Below, in pieces: positions 55,836 to 64,000 of a DNA stretch of 64,000 bases. Both the position numbers and the translations under genes were made by a program. The stretch is from Planctomycetota bacterium. Lineage in GTDB: Bacteria; Planctomycetota; UBA1135; UBA2386. Below the pieces are notes generated by a model. It saw nothing but the letters and a program-made list of their open reading frames with translations. It was not told the origin of the DNA and made no database searches. The stretch spans positions 6,144,001-6,208,000 of the forward strand of contig OZ245838.1 of NCBI GenBank assembly GCA_965228735.1, written 5' to 3'. Within the stretch, counting starts at the first letter, position 1. Each line of letters opens with the position of its first letter.

Positions 55836-57209
55836 TCAGCGGCCCGCGATGAGTCGGTCGAGCTCGCGCTGTTCGCTCGGCCACAGCGCCGCGCGACCGG
55901 CGTCGGCGCGTTCGAGGTGCGCGGCGAACGGAGCGCCCACGGCGTGCCGCGCGAGTGCCGCGTGCAGGTGCAGGCGCGCACAGTCGAGGCCGGTCGCGAG
56001 CGCGCGATCGAGCGTCGCGTTGCTGCCCGCGACGTCGCCGGCGCGCAGCAGGGCGAACCCGAGCACGTCCAGCGTCTGCGCGTCCTGACGCAGCGCCGCC
56101 TCCGCGGTCGCGTGTCGCACCGCGAGCTCGGGGTGTTCGCCGCGCGTCGCGAGCCAGAGCGCGAACGTGCGCGGATCTTCGCGGCCGTTCGCGCGCAGCT
56201 CGGCCAGGGTCGTCTCGACCGCCGACGTGTGACCGGCGCGGGTCAGCGCCTCGGCGTGACCCCACAGGTGCTGCGGCAGCGGGTATGCGGCCGCAGCCGC
56301 GGCGAGGCTCGTGAGGGCGAGATCGGTGCGGTCGAGGGCGAGCGCGGCGCGGCCCTGCACCAGCAGCGCGGCGGGGTGGTTGTCCACGAGCTCGAGCGCG
56401 CGCTCGGCGAACTGCAACGCGGCCTCGGCGTCGCTGCTCTCGAGCTCGAGACGGCCGCGACGCGCGAGCACCCAGGCCAGTGACTCGGGGTCGCGGCGAC
56501 TGCCCGCGGCCGCCGCGTCGGCCAGCAGGCGTCGACACGCCGCGTGGTTGCCGCGCAGCCACTGCAGCTCGGCGGCGCGGCTGTAGCTCAGCAGGCCGGG
56601 GCGCAGGTCGAGCATCGCCTGGTAGGACCGTTCGGCGGCGTCGAGCTGGCCGCGATCGAGCAGCACGTCGCCGAGCAGACCGTGGTCGCGCAACGAACCG
56701 CGGCGAGCGACGAGGTCGCGCGCGATGCGCTCCGCGGCGTCGAAGTCGTGCAGCGCGTGACGCACGTGGCCGCGCAGGAGGGCCGCGGCATCCGCGCCGC
56801 CGTCCTCGGTCGGCATCGCATCGGCGCAGGCTTCGGCCTGCTGGTAGTGCCCCGGGTCACCCGTGACGCGCGCCTTCGTGATGAACAGCGTCGCGAGCCG
56901 CTCCCAGCGCGCGACTTCGTCCGGGCGTTCGCGAACCTTGGCCTGCGCGGTTCGAATCCGGCCGTCGAGTTGCGTCTGCCCGCGCGGCGCGACGAGCGCA
57001 ACGCGCGCCGCGACGTTCGCCGCGGTCGTCTCGGCGAACGACAGTTGCTCGTTCGCCTCGGCGTCGGCGTCGGCTGGGCGCAGGACCACCGCCGTGACCA
57101 TGAGGGCGGCCACGCTCACCCAGCCGGCGAGCGGCCAGCCGACGCGGCGCCGGTGACTCCCGGAGCCGGAGTGCGGGGACGGAAGAAACGGATCGGAAGC
57201 AGGTGCCAC
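55836..57209 (-). CDS. Membrane-anchored TPR protein
   Basis: TM helix, then TPRs: LATLFITKARVTGDP, HGLLGDVLLDRG, YQAMLDLRPGLLSYSRAA. Confidence 0.88.
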   Translation of the reverse strand: MAPASDPFLPSPHSGSGSHRRRVGWPLAGWVSVAALMVTAVVLRPADADAEANEQLSFAETTAANVAARVALVAPRGQTQLDGRIRTAQAKVRERPDEVARWERLATLFITKARVTGDPGHYQQAEACADAMPTEDGGADAAALLRGHVRHALHDFDAAERIARDLVARRGSLRDHGLLGDVLLDRGQLDAAERSYQAMLDLRPGLLSYSRAAELQWLRGNHAACRRLLADAAAAGSRRDPESLAWVLARRGRLELESSDAEAALQFAERALELVDNHPAALLVQGRAALALDRTDLALTSLAAAAAAYPLPQHLWGHAEALTRAGHTSAVETTLAELRANGREDPRTFALWLATRGEHPELAVRHATAEAALRQDAQTLDVLGFALLRAGDVAGSNATLDRALATGLDCARLHLHAALARHAVGAPFAAHLERADAGRAALWPSEQRELDRLIAGR

Positions 57210-57270
57210 GCCCCGGTGAGGTAGGGCGGCGGGTGTTCATGTCACCGCTCGCTCCCGTTCCTCGAGCGCC

Positions 57271-57310
57271 CTACTCGAGGGCCCCTACTCGAGGGCCCCT
57301 ACTCGAGGGC
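57271..57310. repeat. 14-bp tandem repeat CTACTCGAGGGCCC, about 3 copies
   Basis: Units start at 57271, 57285 and 57299. The third contains the kinase stop codon. Confidence 0.85.
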
Positions 57311-60300
57311 TGCGCGCAGCTCGCTCCCCGAGGTCGGCAGCGGCAGCGGCAGTGCGCGCCGGGCGCCGTCCAGGGTCGCGGGGTCGAGCAGGGTGTCGCC
57401 GCGTTCGAGGGCGTGGCGCAGCGTCTCGCGGTCGTTCGTAGCGAAGGCGGCGGCGGCCTGCAGGTAGCGGCCGCGAAGGTCGTCGGGGTGGGACGGCAGC
57501 GTGTCGTCGAGGTAGCGCAGGGCGTCGCGCGGTTGCCCACCGAGGAACAGCGCGGCCGCGCGCACGATGCGCGCCTCGCCGTTCATGGGATCGCGGGACA
57601 GCTGGTCGTCGGCGAGCGCCACGATGCGCGTGAGCGCGGCCTGATCGTTGCTGCGGGCGAGGCGACCGATCTGCGGCAGCAGCACGGGGAGCGGCAGAGC
57701 GGGGGCGTCGATCGCATCGCCGGAAGTGGCGGACATGCCGATGCGCAGGACGGCGAGCGGGGTCGTCGCCGGTTCGTCTGCCGGCTCGATCGCGAGCGCG
57801 GCGTCGGTGAGCGCGGGCGTGACCGCGGGCTGCATGAGCGCGGCGTTGGCGGTGGCGTGATCGGTCGGCCGGAGTCCGGCGAGCGTCGTTGCCGGCAGCC
57901 AGCCGCGCGCGAGAGCTGCGGCGTCGCTCGTGACCGAACGCGTCGGGCGTCCGCCGCTGCCGAGATGCCGCAGCGGCGAATCGTCCGGCAGCGCGGGCAG
58001 CGCGTCCGCGCCGACGCCACCAGCGTGCGTGAGCAGGGCACGACGTTCGTAGGCGATGCGGGTGGCGTGCTGGCCGGCGACTGGGCTGCCGAAGTCACCC
58101 TCGGTCAGCAACGTGATCGCCTCCGGCCGCCGGTCGAGCGCAAGCAGCGCCTCCGCCCGACGCAGCTGGGTCGTCGGCAGCAGCGGGTTGCCGTCGGGGA
58201 AGACGGCGGGGAAGAGGGCCTTGTGCCGCGCGTCACGGAGCAACGTGATGGTCCGTTCGAGCGCGAGCAGTTCGGCCGGGCGGTCGCCGAGGTGACGGCA
58301 GATGTCGGCGAGCAATCGCCACGCGGGGATCGCGTCGGTCGCGGCCACGGTCGCTGCCGTTGCGTCCTCGCGGGCCGCCTGCGGTCGGCCGGCGGCGAGG
58401 TGCACGCGGGCGCGTTGGACGAGCGCGCCGGCGCGGTCGTGGGACGTCGCGTTCTCGAGCAGCGCGTCGCACGCGGCGAGGGCCTCGGCGTGGCGGCCCG
58501 TCATCGTCACGCCGGCGACGCGCAGCAGCGCGGCGTCGCGCCGGTCGGGTGCCTTCTCCAGCACGCCGTCGAGGAGCAGCAGCGCGAGTCCGGCGAGGGC
58601 CGCGGCGCGACTCGCCGGGATCGGCTGCGCGGCGATCGGCGAGAACTCCGCGCCGAACTGCACCGGGCCGGCCTGCCACGTGCCGGCTTCGGCGAGCGCG
58701 AGCAGGACCTGGCTCGTCAGCACGGTGACCCACGGCGGCGCGTTGCTCAGCACTTCGGTGACGGCCGCGACCGGGCGCGACAGGTCGTCCTCGGGATCGA
58801 GACAGCAAAGCGCGGCCCAGAGCAGCCGGGCGGTGCCGTAGCGCGGGCGCAGCGCGGCGGCCTGCAGCAGGTCGTCCTTGGCGCGCTCCAGGTGCATCAC
58901 GTCGGGGCACGTGCGGCACCAGCCGCGATGCAGCAGCGCGTAGTAGCGCCGTTCTTCGGGCAGATCCGGGTCCAGGATCGCGCGGTCGAACGCGGCGATC
59001 GCCGCGAAATACTGCTGCCGGTGCTGATGCCACAGCCCGCTCCAGAACGCCGCTGTCGGGTCGGTCGCGTCGACGGTCCCCAACTCGGAACCGCCGCCGC
59101 CGCCCTGCAGCTGCTCGAACACCGCGGCCATGATCCGGTCGCCCGGCGTGGCATCACGCAACGCGAGCAGGTCCTCGAGCACGGCGCGCGTGCGTCCGGG
59201 ATCATCGCCGACGTCGAGCAGCGCCATCGCGAGCGCGCGCTGGACCCTGGCTTCGTCCGGATACTCGCGGGCGAGGCGTTCGGCGATCGCGAGCGCTTGC
59301 GTCGCGTTCTCCGATCGGGGGCCCGGTCCCGCGTTCGTGGCCGGCTGGCCGAGGCCGGCCCGGGCGTAGAACTTCAACGCCGCGCCGCCGAACGCGACGA
59401 CGCGCTCCGGTGCGGTGCCGAGCAGCTCGGGGATGCGGCGCAGGTCCGCGTCGCGTTCGAGCATGCGCGCGGTCGCGCGCTGGGTCGCGCCGTAGGACAC
59501 GGTCGCGAACACGCTGCCGAGCAACAGCACGGCGACGGTCGTGAGAACGGCGACGAGCGGGTGCTTCCGCGCCGCCCGTCGGAGTCGTTGCCACGGACCG
59601 CGGGCCGCGGCCTGCACCGGTTGTCCCGCGACGAAGCGGCGGAGGTCGGCCGCGACATCGGCGGCCGACGCGTAGCGCCTCGCCGGATCCTTCTCGAGGC
59701 ACTGCAGCGCGATGCGCGCGAGCTCGGGCGGGACGCCGGGGCGGCGGTCCTGCGGGTCGCGCGGGTCGACGTTGAGGATCGAGTCGATGACGACGGCGAG
59801 CGGGCCGGGGGCGATGGGAGGCTGGCCGCAGATGCACTCGTAGAGCACGGCGCCGAGGGAGTAGACGTCGCAGCTGCCGCCGCTGCCCCTGGCCGCGACG
59901 GCCTGCTCGGGTGCCATGTAGAGCGGCGTGCCGAGGAGATCGCCCGTGGCCGTGAGCGCCGGCTGGTCGTCGTCGCGCACGCTCGCGAGGCCGAAGTCGA
60001 GGACGGTCGCGCGGCCGACGTCGTCGACCATCAGGTTCGCCGGCTTGACGTCGCGATGCACGACGCCGGACCCGTGCGCGAAGTGCAGCGCGTCGGCGAC
60101 CTGCGCGAGCGTGTCCGCGGCGGCCTGCGGGTCGCCGAGCAGGCGTCGCGCGATGCCGTGATCGACGTCGCGCGGGTCGGCCAGTGCGGCGAGGAGCCGC
60201 TGCAGCGAGCGCCCTTCGACCCGCGCCATCGCGAGCCACACGCCGTCGGCGTCGGCGCCGCATTCGAACACCTCGACGATCCCCGCGTGCGACAACGACC

Positions 60301-60700
60301 GCGCCGCGTCGCCCTCGCGATGGAAGCGGGCGAGCGCGTCGGCGTTGTCGGCGACGTGCGCGTGGAGCACCTTGAGCGCGACGCGCGCGCCCGTCGTGAT
60401 CTGCTCGGCGTCGTAGACGATGCCCATCGCGCCGCGGCCGAGCTCGCCGAGCACGCGGAACTCGCCGAAGCGCAGCGGCAGGTCGCGCGGCGCCGAGCCG
60501 GTCGCCATGCGATCGAGGGCGGCGAGTGACTCGAGCTCCTCGAGGAACCGCGTGCGTTGTTCGTCGGGCAATCCGGCCGCGAACGCACCCGGCAGCAGGT
60601 CGGCGTCGTTCTCCTTGGCCTCGAGCCACGCGGCGATCGCGTCGTCGATGGGATCGCCGCCGCCGTTGGCGCCGTCCGAGTCCGAACGGGACCCGGTCAC
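57299..60700 (-). CDS. Hanks-type Ser/Thr protein kinase with a TM segment and long TPR region
   Basis: LGRGAMGIVY, VALK, HRDVKPAN, DFG, GTPLYMAPEQ, DVYSLG. TM LVAVLTTVAVLLLGSVF. GTG at 60700 overlaps the sigma factor TGA. Confidence 0.95.
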   Translation of the reverse strand: MTGSRSDSDGANGGGDPIDDAIAAWLEAKENDADLLPGAFAAGLPDEQRTRFLEELESLAALDRMATGSAPRDLPLRFGEFRVLGELGRGAMGIVYDAEQITTGARVALKVLHAHVADNADALARFHREGDAARSLSHAGIVEVFECGADADGVWLAMARVEGRSLQRLLAALADPRDVDHGIARRLLGDPQAAADTLAQVADALHFAHGSGVVHRDVKPANLMVDDVGRATVLDFGLASVRDDDQPALTATGDLLGTPLYMAPEQAVAARGSGGSCDVYSLGAVLYECICGQPPIAPGPLAVVIDSILNVDPRDPQDRRPGVPPELARIALQCLEKDPARRYASAADVAADLRRFVAGQPVQAAARGPWQRLRRAARKHPLVAVLTTVAVLLLGSVFATVSYGATQRATARMLERDADLRRIPELLGTAPERVVAFGGAALKFYARAGLGQPATNAGPGPRSENATQALAIAERLAREYPDEARVQRALAMALLDVGDDPGRTRAVLEDLLALRDATPGDRIMAAVFEQLQGGGGGSELGTVDATDPTAAFWSGLWHQHRQQYFAAIAAFDRAILDPDLPEERRYYALLHRGWCRTCPDVMHLERAKDDLLQAAALRPRYGTARLLWAALCCLDPEDDLSRPVAAVTEVLSNAPPWVTVLTSQVLLALAEAGTWQAGPVQFGAEFSPIAAQPIPASRAAALAGLALLLLDGVLEKAPDRRDAALLRVAGVTMTGRHAEALAACDALLENATSHDRAGALVQRARVHLAAGRPQAAREDATAATVAATDAIPAWRLLADICRHLGDRPAELLALERTITLLRDARHKALFPAVFPDGNPLLPTTQLRRAEALLALDRRPEAITLLTEGDFGSPVAGQHATRIAYERRALLTHAGGVGADALPALPDDSPLRHLGSGGRPTRSVTSDAAALARGWLPATTLAGLRPTDHATANAALMQPAVTPALTDAALAIEPADEPATTPLAVLRIGMSATSGDAIDAPALPLPVLLPQIGRLARSNDQAALTRIVALADDQLSRDPMNGEARIVRAAALFLGGQPRDALRYLDDTLPSHPDDLRGRYLQAAAAFATNDRETLRHALERGDTLLDPATLDGARRALPLPLPTSGSELRAALE

Positions 60701-61317
60701 GAACCGTCTCCGCGTTCGTCGCGCGGCGTCATCGCGGCCTTGAGCTTGCGCAGAGCGCGGCTCAACAGCAGGGCGACGGCGTTGCGGCTGCGACCCATGC
60801 GGTCCGCGACTTCCTGCAGCGCGAGGCCTTCGAACCGCGCGAGCGTGATCACCTCGCGGTCCGCCGGCGCGAGCTCGGCGAGCGCCGCGTCGAGGCGGGC
60901 CTCGGCCTCGGTGCCGATCACGAGCGTGCGCGGGCCGGGCCCTTCGGCAGCCGGCTGCGGACTGCCCCGGCGCGCGGTCGTCGCGCCGGGGCCGACGATC
61001 GGTCGCTCGCGTCGCCGATCCCGCTTGGCCGCGCCGGCGGTGCGGCGCAGGTTCGCGATCCGGTGCAGCGCGACGGTCGCGAGCCAGCGGAAGAACGAGT
61101 CCGGTCCCTGGTACGTGTAGTCGTCGAACTGCCGCGTGGCCTCGAGGTAGGATTCCTGCACGAGGTCGTCGATGTCGGCGTGCGCGAGCGCGCTGCCCGC
61201 GCGCAGCTGGAGCAGCCGCCGCAACCGCGGCCGGCAGCGCGTGAAGAGCTGGTCGAGAGCGTCGGAGTCGCCGCTCGCGGCGTGTTCGACGAGGCTGCGG
61301 CTGTCGCGGATATCCAT
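60697..61317 (-). CDS. ECF RNA polymerase sigma-70 factor
   Basis: AASGDSDALDQLF, DIDDLVQESY, FFRWLATVA, DREVITLARFEGLALQEVADRMGRS. Confidence 0.93.
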   Translation of the reverse strand: MDIRDSRSLVEHAASGDSDALDQLFTRCRPRLRRLLQLRAGSALAHADIDDLVQESYLEATRQFDDYTYQGPDSFFRWLATVALHRIANLRRTAGAAKRDRRRERPIVGPGATTARRGSPQPAAEGPGPRTLVIGTEAEARLDAALAELAPADREVITLARFEGLALQEVADRMGRSRNAVALLLSRALRKLKAAMTPRDERGDGS

Positions 61318-61429
61318 GAGGTGGCGGGCGCCTCGGCGCCTGCCCGTGCAATGTAACCGGCGTCGCCGATGTGTCGCAGAAACCGGGTGGGGGCGGAGGA
61401 AGGGCCGATGCCGCGGGCCGCAGGCCGGC

Positions 61430-62116
61430 TCACAGGCCGCCCGGGAGGCTCGCGAGGAACGGCAGTTCGATGGCCGGCGGCCAGATCTGGATGCCGAAGC
61501 CGACGCCGAACAGGCGCAGTTCGACGCCCTCGAGCAGGCCGATCTCGACGCCGAGCGGCAGGGTGTCGACGGCTATGCCAGTGCCGCGGGTCGTCAGGCC
61601 GGCGTCGAACCACGTCGTGAAGTTCTTGCCGAGCGCGGTGTGCGGCAGGCTCACCGGCATGTCGACCTCGTGCGCGAGCCACGCGAGGAACGAGTTGCTG
61701 TTGGGACCCGGCCAGGCGCGGTATCGCGTGGCGCACGGATAGCCGGCGGCGCGCGCCTGGATGGCCGCCGCGATCCGGCGCGCCCGGTCGCCGGTGAACG
61801 AGCGGTGTACCGCGACGTTCTGTTCCCAGCGCAGATCCTCGAACGCGGTGCCCGCCGTGATCGGGTGCATCAGCACGTGGTCGACGTCGTTCCACTCGGC
61901 GCGCTGCCAGTCGCCGCCGTGCTTGTAGTCGACCCAGAGGTGTTCGGCCCAGCGCGTGTACCACGGCAGCCACGAGCGGTCGGGAATTCGGCACGACTTG
62001 ACCATCACGAGCTCGGGGCTGTCCGTAATGGTCGACGGTCGCACGGCGCAGCCGCTCGCGAGGGCCGACGCGAGCAGCAGCGCGAGCAATCGACTGACGA
62101 TGCCGTGTGCGGTCAT
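61430..62116 (-). CDS. DUF3750 family lipoprotein
   Basis: Lipobox LASGC, AEHLW, YRAWPGPNSNSFLAW, LPHTALGK. Confidence 0.82.
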   Translation of the reverse strand: MTAHGIVSRLLALLLASALASGCAVRPSTITDSPELVMVKSCRIPDRSWLPWYTRWAEHLWVDYKHGGDWQRAEWNDVDHVLMHPITAGTAFEDLRWEQNVAVHRSFTGDRARRIAAAIQARAAGYPCATRYRAWPGPNSNSFLAWLAHEVDMPVSLPHTALGKNFTTWFDAGLTTRGTGIAVDTLPLGVEIGLLEGVELRLFGVGFGIQIWPPAIELPFLASLPGGL

Positions 62117-62150
62117 GGCACCTGCTATAACGACCCGCCGGAGACTTCCC

Positions 62151-62975
62151 ATGCATCCCACCGCGCCAGTTCTGTTGCTTTTCGCCCTTGTCGTCGTCGC
62201 TTGCGAGGCCCCGCGGGTCTCGGTGAACGGCGACACCGACATGGCCGCCGCCGCGTCGCCGCCGGCGCAAAGACCCACCGAGCAGGGCCGAACCGAGCAG
62301 GATCCCACCGAGAAGGCCACGAACGAGGCGGCGAGCCAGCAGGCCAAGAAGAGCGCGGAGCAGGATCCGGCGAAGAAGGCGCGGCAGCAGCAGCGCGAGC
62401 TGCAGAAGAAGCGCCGCGAGGTCGAGCGCCTCGCGCTCGCGCACCGCGTGGCCGAACTCGAGCGTCGTGGCAAGCAGGTCGCGGCCCGGGCCGCGCACGA
62501 GAAGGCCGAGAAGGCGCTCGTGCTCGCGAAGAGCGAGCTCGAACACTTCCTCGGCGAGGTCCGGCCGCGCGAGATCGAGGAGCACCAGATCCGCCTCGAT
62601 CGCGCCACGCACCGGGCGGATCACGCCAAGGACGAGTTCGACGAGCTCACCGCGATGTACGAGGCCGACGAGTTCGCGAAGGCGACGAAGGAGCTCGTGC
62701 TGAAGCGCGGGCGGCGATCGCAGGAGATGGCGGCGCGCGACCTCGCGGTCACGAAGCGCAAGCTCGAGGCGTTCCGGAAGTTCGAACTGCCGAAGCGCGA
62801 GACCGACCTGCGCCAGAAGGTCGCGGACGCGGAGCGCGCGGTGCAGAAGGCCGCGTTCGACCTCGAGAAGCTCGAGATCGAGTTCGAGCTCGCGCGCCTG
62901 CGCGAGCGCGACAAGGTCAGCGACCTCGAGGCCGAGATCGCGGAGCTCGTCGAGCAGACCGAGGGCAAGTCGTGA
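62151..62975 (+). CDS. Coiled-coil lipoprotein
   Basis: Leader ending LVVVAC, then a long E/K/R-rich helical region. Confidence 0.8.
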   Translation: MHPTAPVLLLFALVVVACEAPRVSVNGDTDMAAAASPPAQRPTEQGRTEQDPTEKATNEAASQQAKKSAEQDPAKKARQQQRELQKKRREVERLALAHRVAELERRGKQVAARAAHEKAEKALVLAKSELEHFLGEVRPREIEEHQIRLDRATHRADHAKDEFDELTAMYEADEFAKATKELVLKRGRRSQEMAARDLAVTKRKLEAFRKFELPKRETDLRQKVADAERAVQKAAFDLEKLEIEFELARLRERDKVSDLEAEIAELVEQTEGKS

Positions 62976-64000
62976 CGATCGGGGTCGGTTGCGCGACGGT
63001 GACCCGGGCGCTCGCGCTGGTCGTGGGCCTTTGTGGCGCTCTGGGCGCGCAGGATGACAAGGCCGTCGATCGCACGTCGAAGGCCGCCGCGCGCGCGGCC
63101 GTCGACAAGACGATCGACTTCTTCGTGCGCACGCAGAACCACGACGGCAGCTGGGGCAGCAAGTCGTGCGAGATCACGTTCGAGATGACGTTCGCGGTCG
63201 AGACGCAGTACGCGTGGGCGGTCGCGGCGCACGCGCTCGTCACGATGATGCTGCTCGAGGCCCCCGAGACGCCGGAGCGGCGCGCGGCGCTCGACAAGGC
63301 CGTGCGCTGGCTGACGCGCAGTCGCATGACCAAGCGCGGCAGCACGTGGGACAACGATGCCGTCTGGGGCTGGCTCTACGGCGCCGTCGCGATGACCGCG
63401 GTCAGCAAGGACGAGCGGTACCAGGGCGACGAGTGGCGCGAGCACGTGCACGGCCGCGGTCGCGCGATCGTCGGCTGGCTCGAGAAGAACCAGGAGCCGA
63501 CGGGTGGCTTCGGCTACTACGACGACCCGCCGTACACCCGGCGACCGAAGTGGGGGACGAGCTTCTCCACGGGGCTCGTCGTGCCCGCGCTCGGTGACGC
63601 GTTGCGGCTCGGTTGGCTCGAGGACGAGGCGACCAAGGAGCGGGCGATGAACTACCTGCGCAAGTGTCGGTTGCCCAACGGCGCGGTGTCGTACGACCTC
63701 ACGCCCGTGCCGCGCATCAACGGCGGCGAGCACATCAACGACGTCAAGGGCAGCCTCGGCCGCATCCAGGTCTACAACTGGGCGCTGCGCACCGTCGGCG
63801 ACGAACGCGTCACGGACGCGATGATTCGCACCGGCCTCGAGCAGTTCTTCGAGCACCACCGCTTCCTCGCCGTCGCGCGCATGCGGCCGTACCCGCACGA
63901 GGCCTACTACGCCAACGCGGGCTACTTCTTCTACTTCGGCCACTACTACGCGGCGCTCGCGATCGAGCTGCTGCCGGCAGGCGAACGCGAGGCGTTCCGC
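62972..64000 (+). CDS. Exported prenyltransferase/squalene-cyclase-repeat protein, 5' part only (runs off the window end)
   Basis: Not in the ORF track; hand translation from GTG 62972, which overlaps the upstream TGA. QW-type repeats FFVRTQNHDGSW, WLEKNQEPTGGFGY, YLRKCRLPNGAVSY. Confidence 0.85.
   Translation, partial: MTIGVGCATVTRALALVVGLCGALGAQDDKAVDRTSKAAARAAVDKTIDFFVRTQNHDGSWGSKSCEITFEMTFAVETQYAWAVAAHALVTMMLLEAPETPERRAALDKAVRWLTRSRMTKRGSTWDNDAVWGWLYGAVAMTAVSKDERYQGDEWREHVHGRGRAIVGWLEKNQEPTGGFGYYDDPPYTRRPKWGTSFSTGLVVPALGDALRLGWLEDEATKERAMNYLRKCRLPNGAVSYDLTPVPRINGGEHINDVKGSLGRIQVYNWALRTVGDERVTDAMIRTGLEQFFEHHRFLAVARMRPYPHEAYYANAGYFFYFGHYYAALAIELLPAGEREAFR

Noticed and set aside
11162..57310. 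CRISPR array from the short repeats
   Set aside because: The repeats are tandem without spacers, or inverted. No cas genes are present.
57203..61351. 1108-aa plus-strand ORF and the 5' extension of the kinase ORF to 61351
   Set aside because: An antisense shadow and an off-frame overlap with the sigma gene, respectively. The kinase start fits the GTGA overlap at 60700.
1..64000. Prophage, IS element or anti-phage defence island
   Set aside because: No integrase, transposase, phage structural, nuclease or restriction-modification motifs were recognised.

Overview
Very GC-rich bacterial chromosomal window. The gene content (ECF sigma factor/Ser-Thr kinase pairs, DUF1570, HEAT-repeat, prenyltransferase-repeat and PEP-CTERM proteins) suggests Planctomycetota; this is inferred, not searched. 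I support about 50 CDSs. Most other long ORFs in the track are antisense or off-frame shadows. Housekeeping genes (aroB, folC, rsgA, gluQ) are mixed with many exported hypothetical proteins, an HcnCAB/LhpBEF-like flavoprotein trio, an OmpR-type two-component system, a sigma54 activator and two ECF-kinase modules. I saw no rRNA, tRNA, CRISPR array or transposase. Main observations: (1) an ECF sigma with Ser/Thr in place of the DAED motif, coupled to a kinase; (2) a REP/REPIN-like palindrome family at three loci; (3) a 24-codon ORF matching the ClpC N-terminus, missing from the ORF track; (4) a stand-alone secretin-N0-like lipoprotein opposite a protein with a pseudopilin-like tail; (5) a possible shared C-terminal sorting domain. 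Family calls come from motifs recognised by eye, and no new system is proven.
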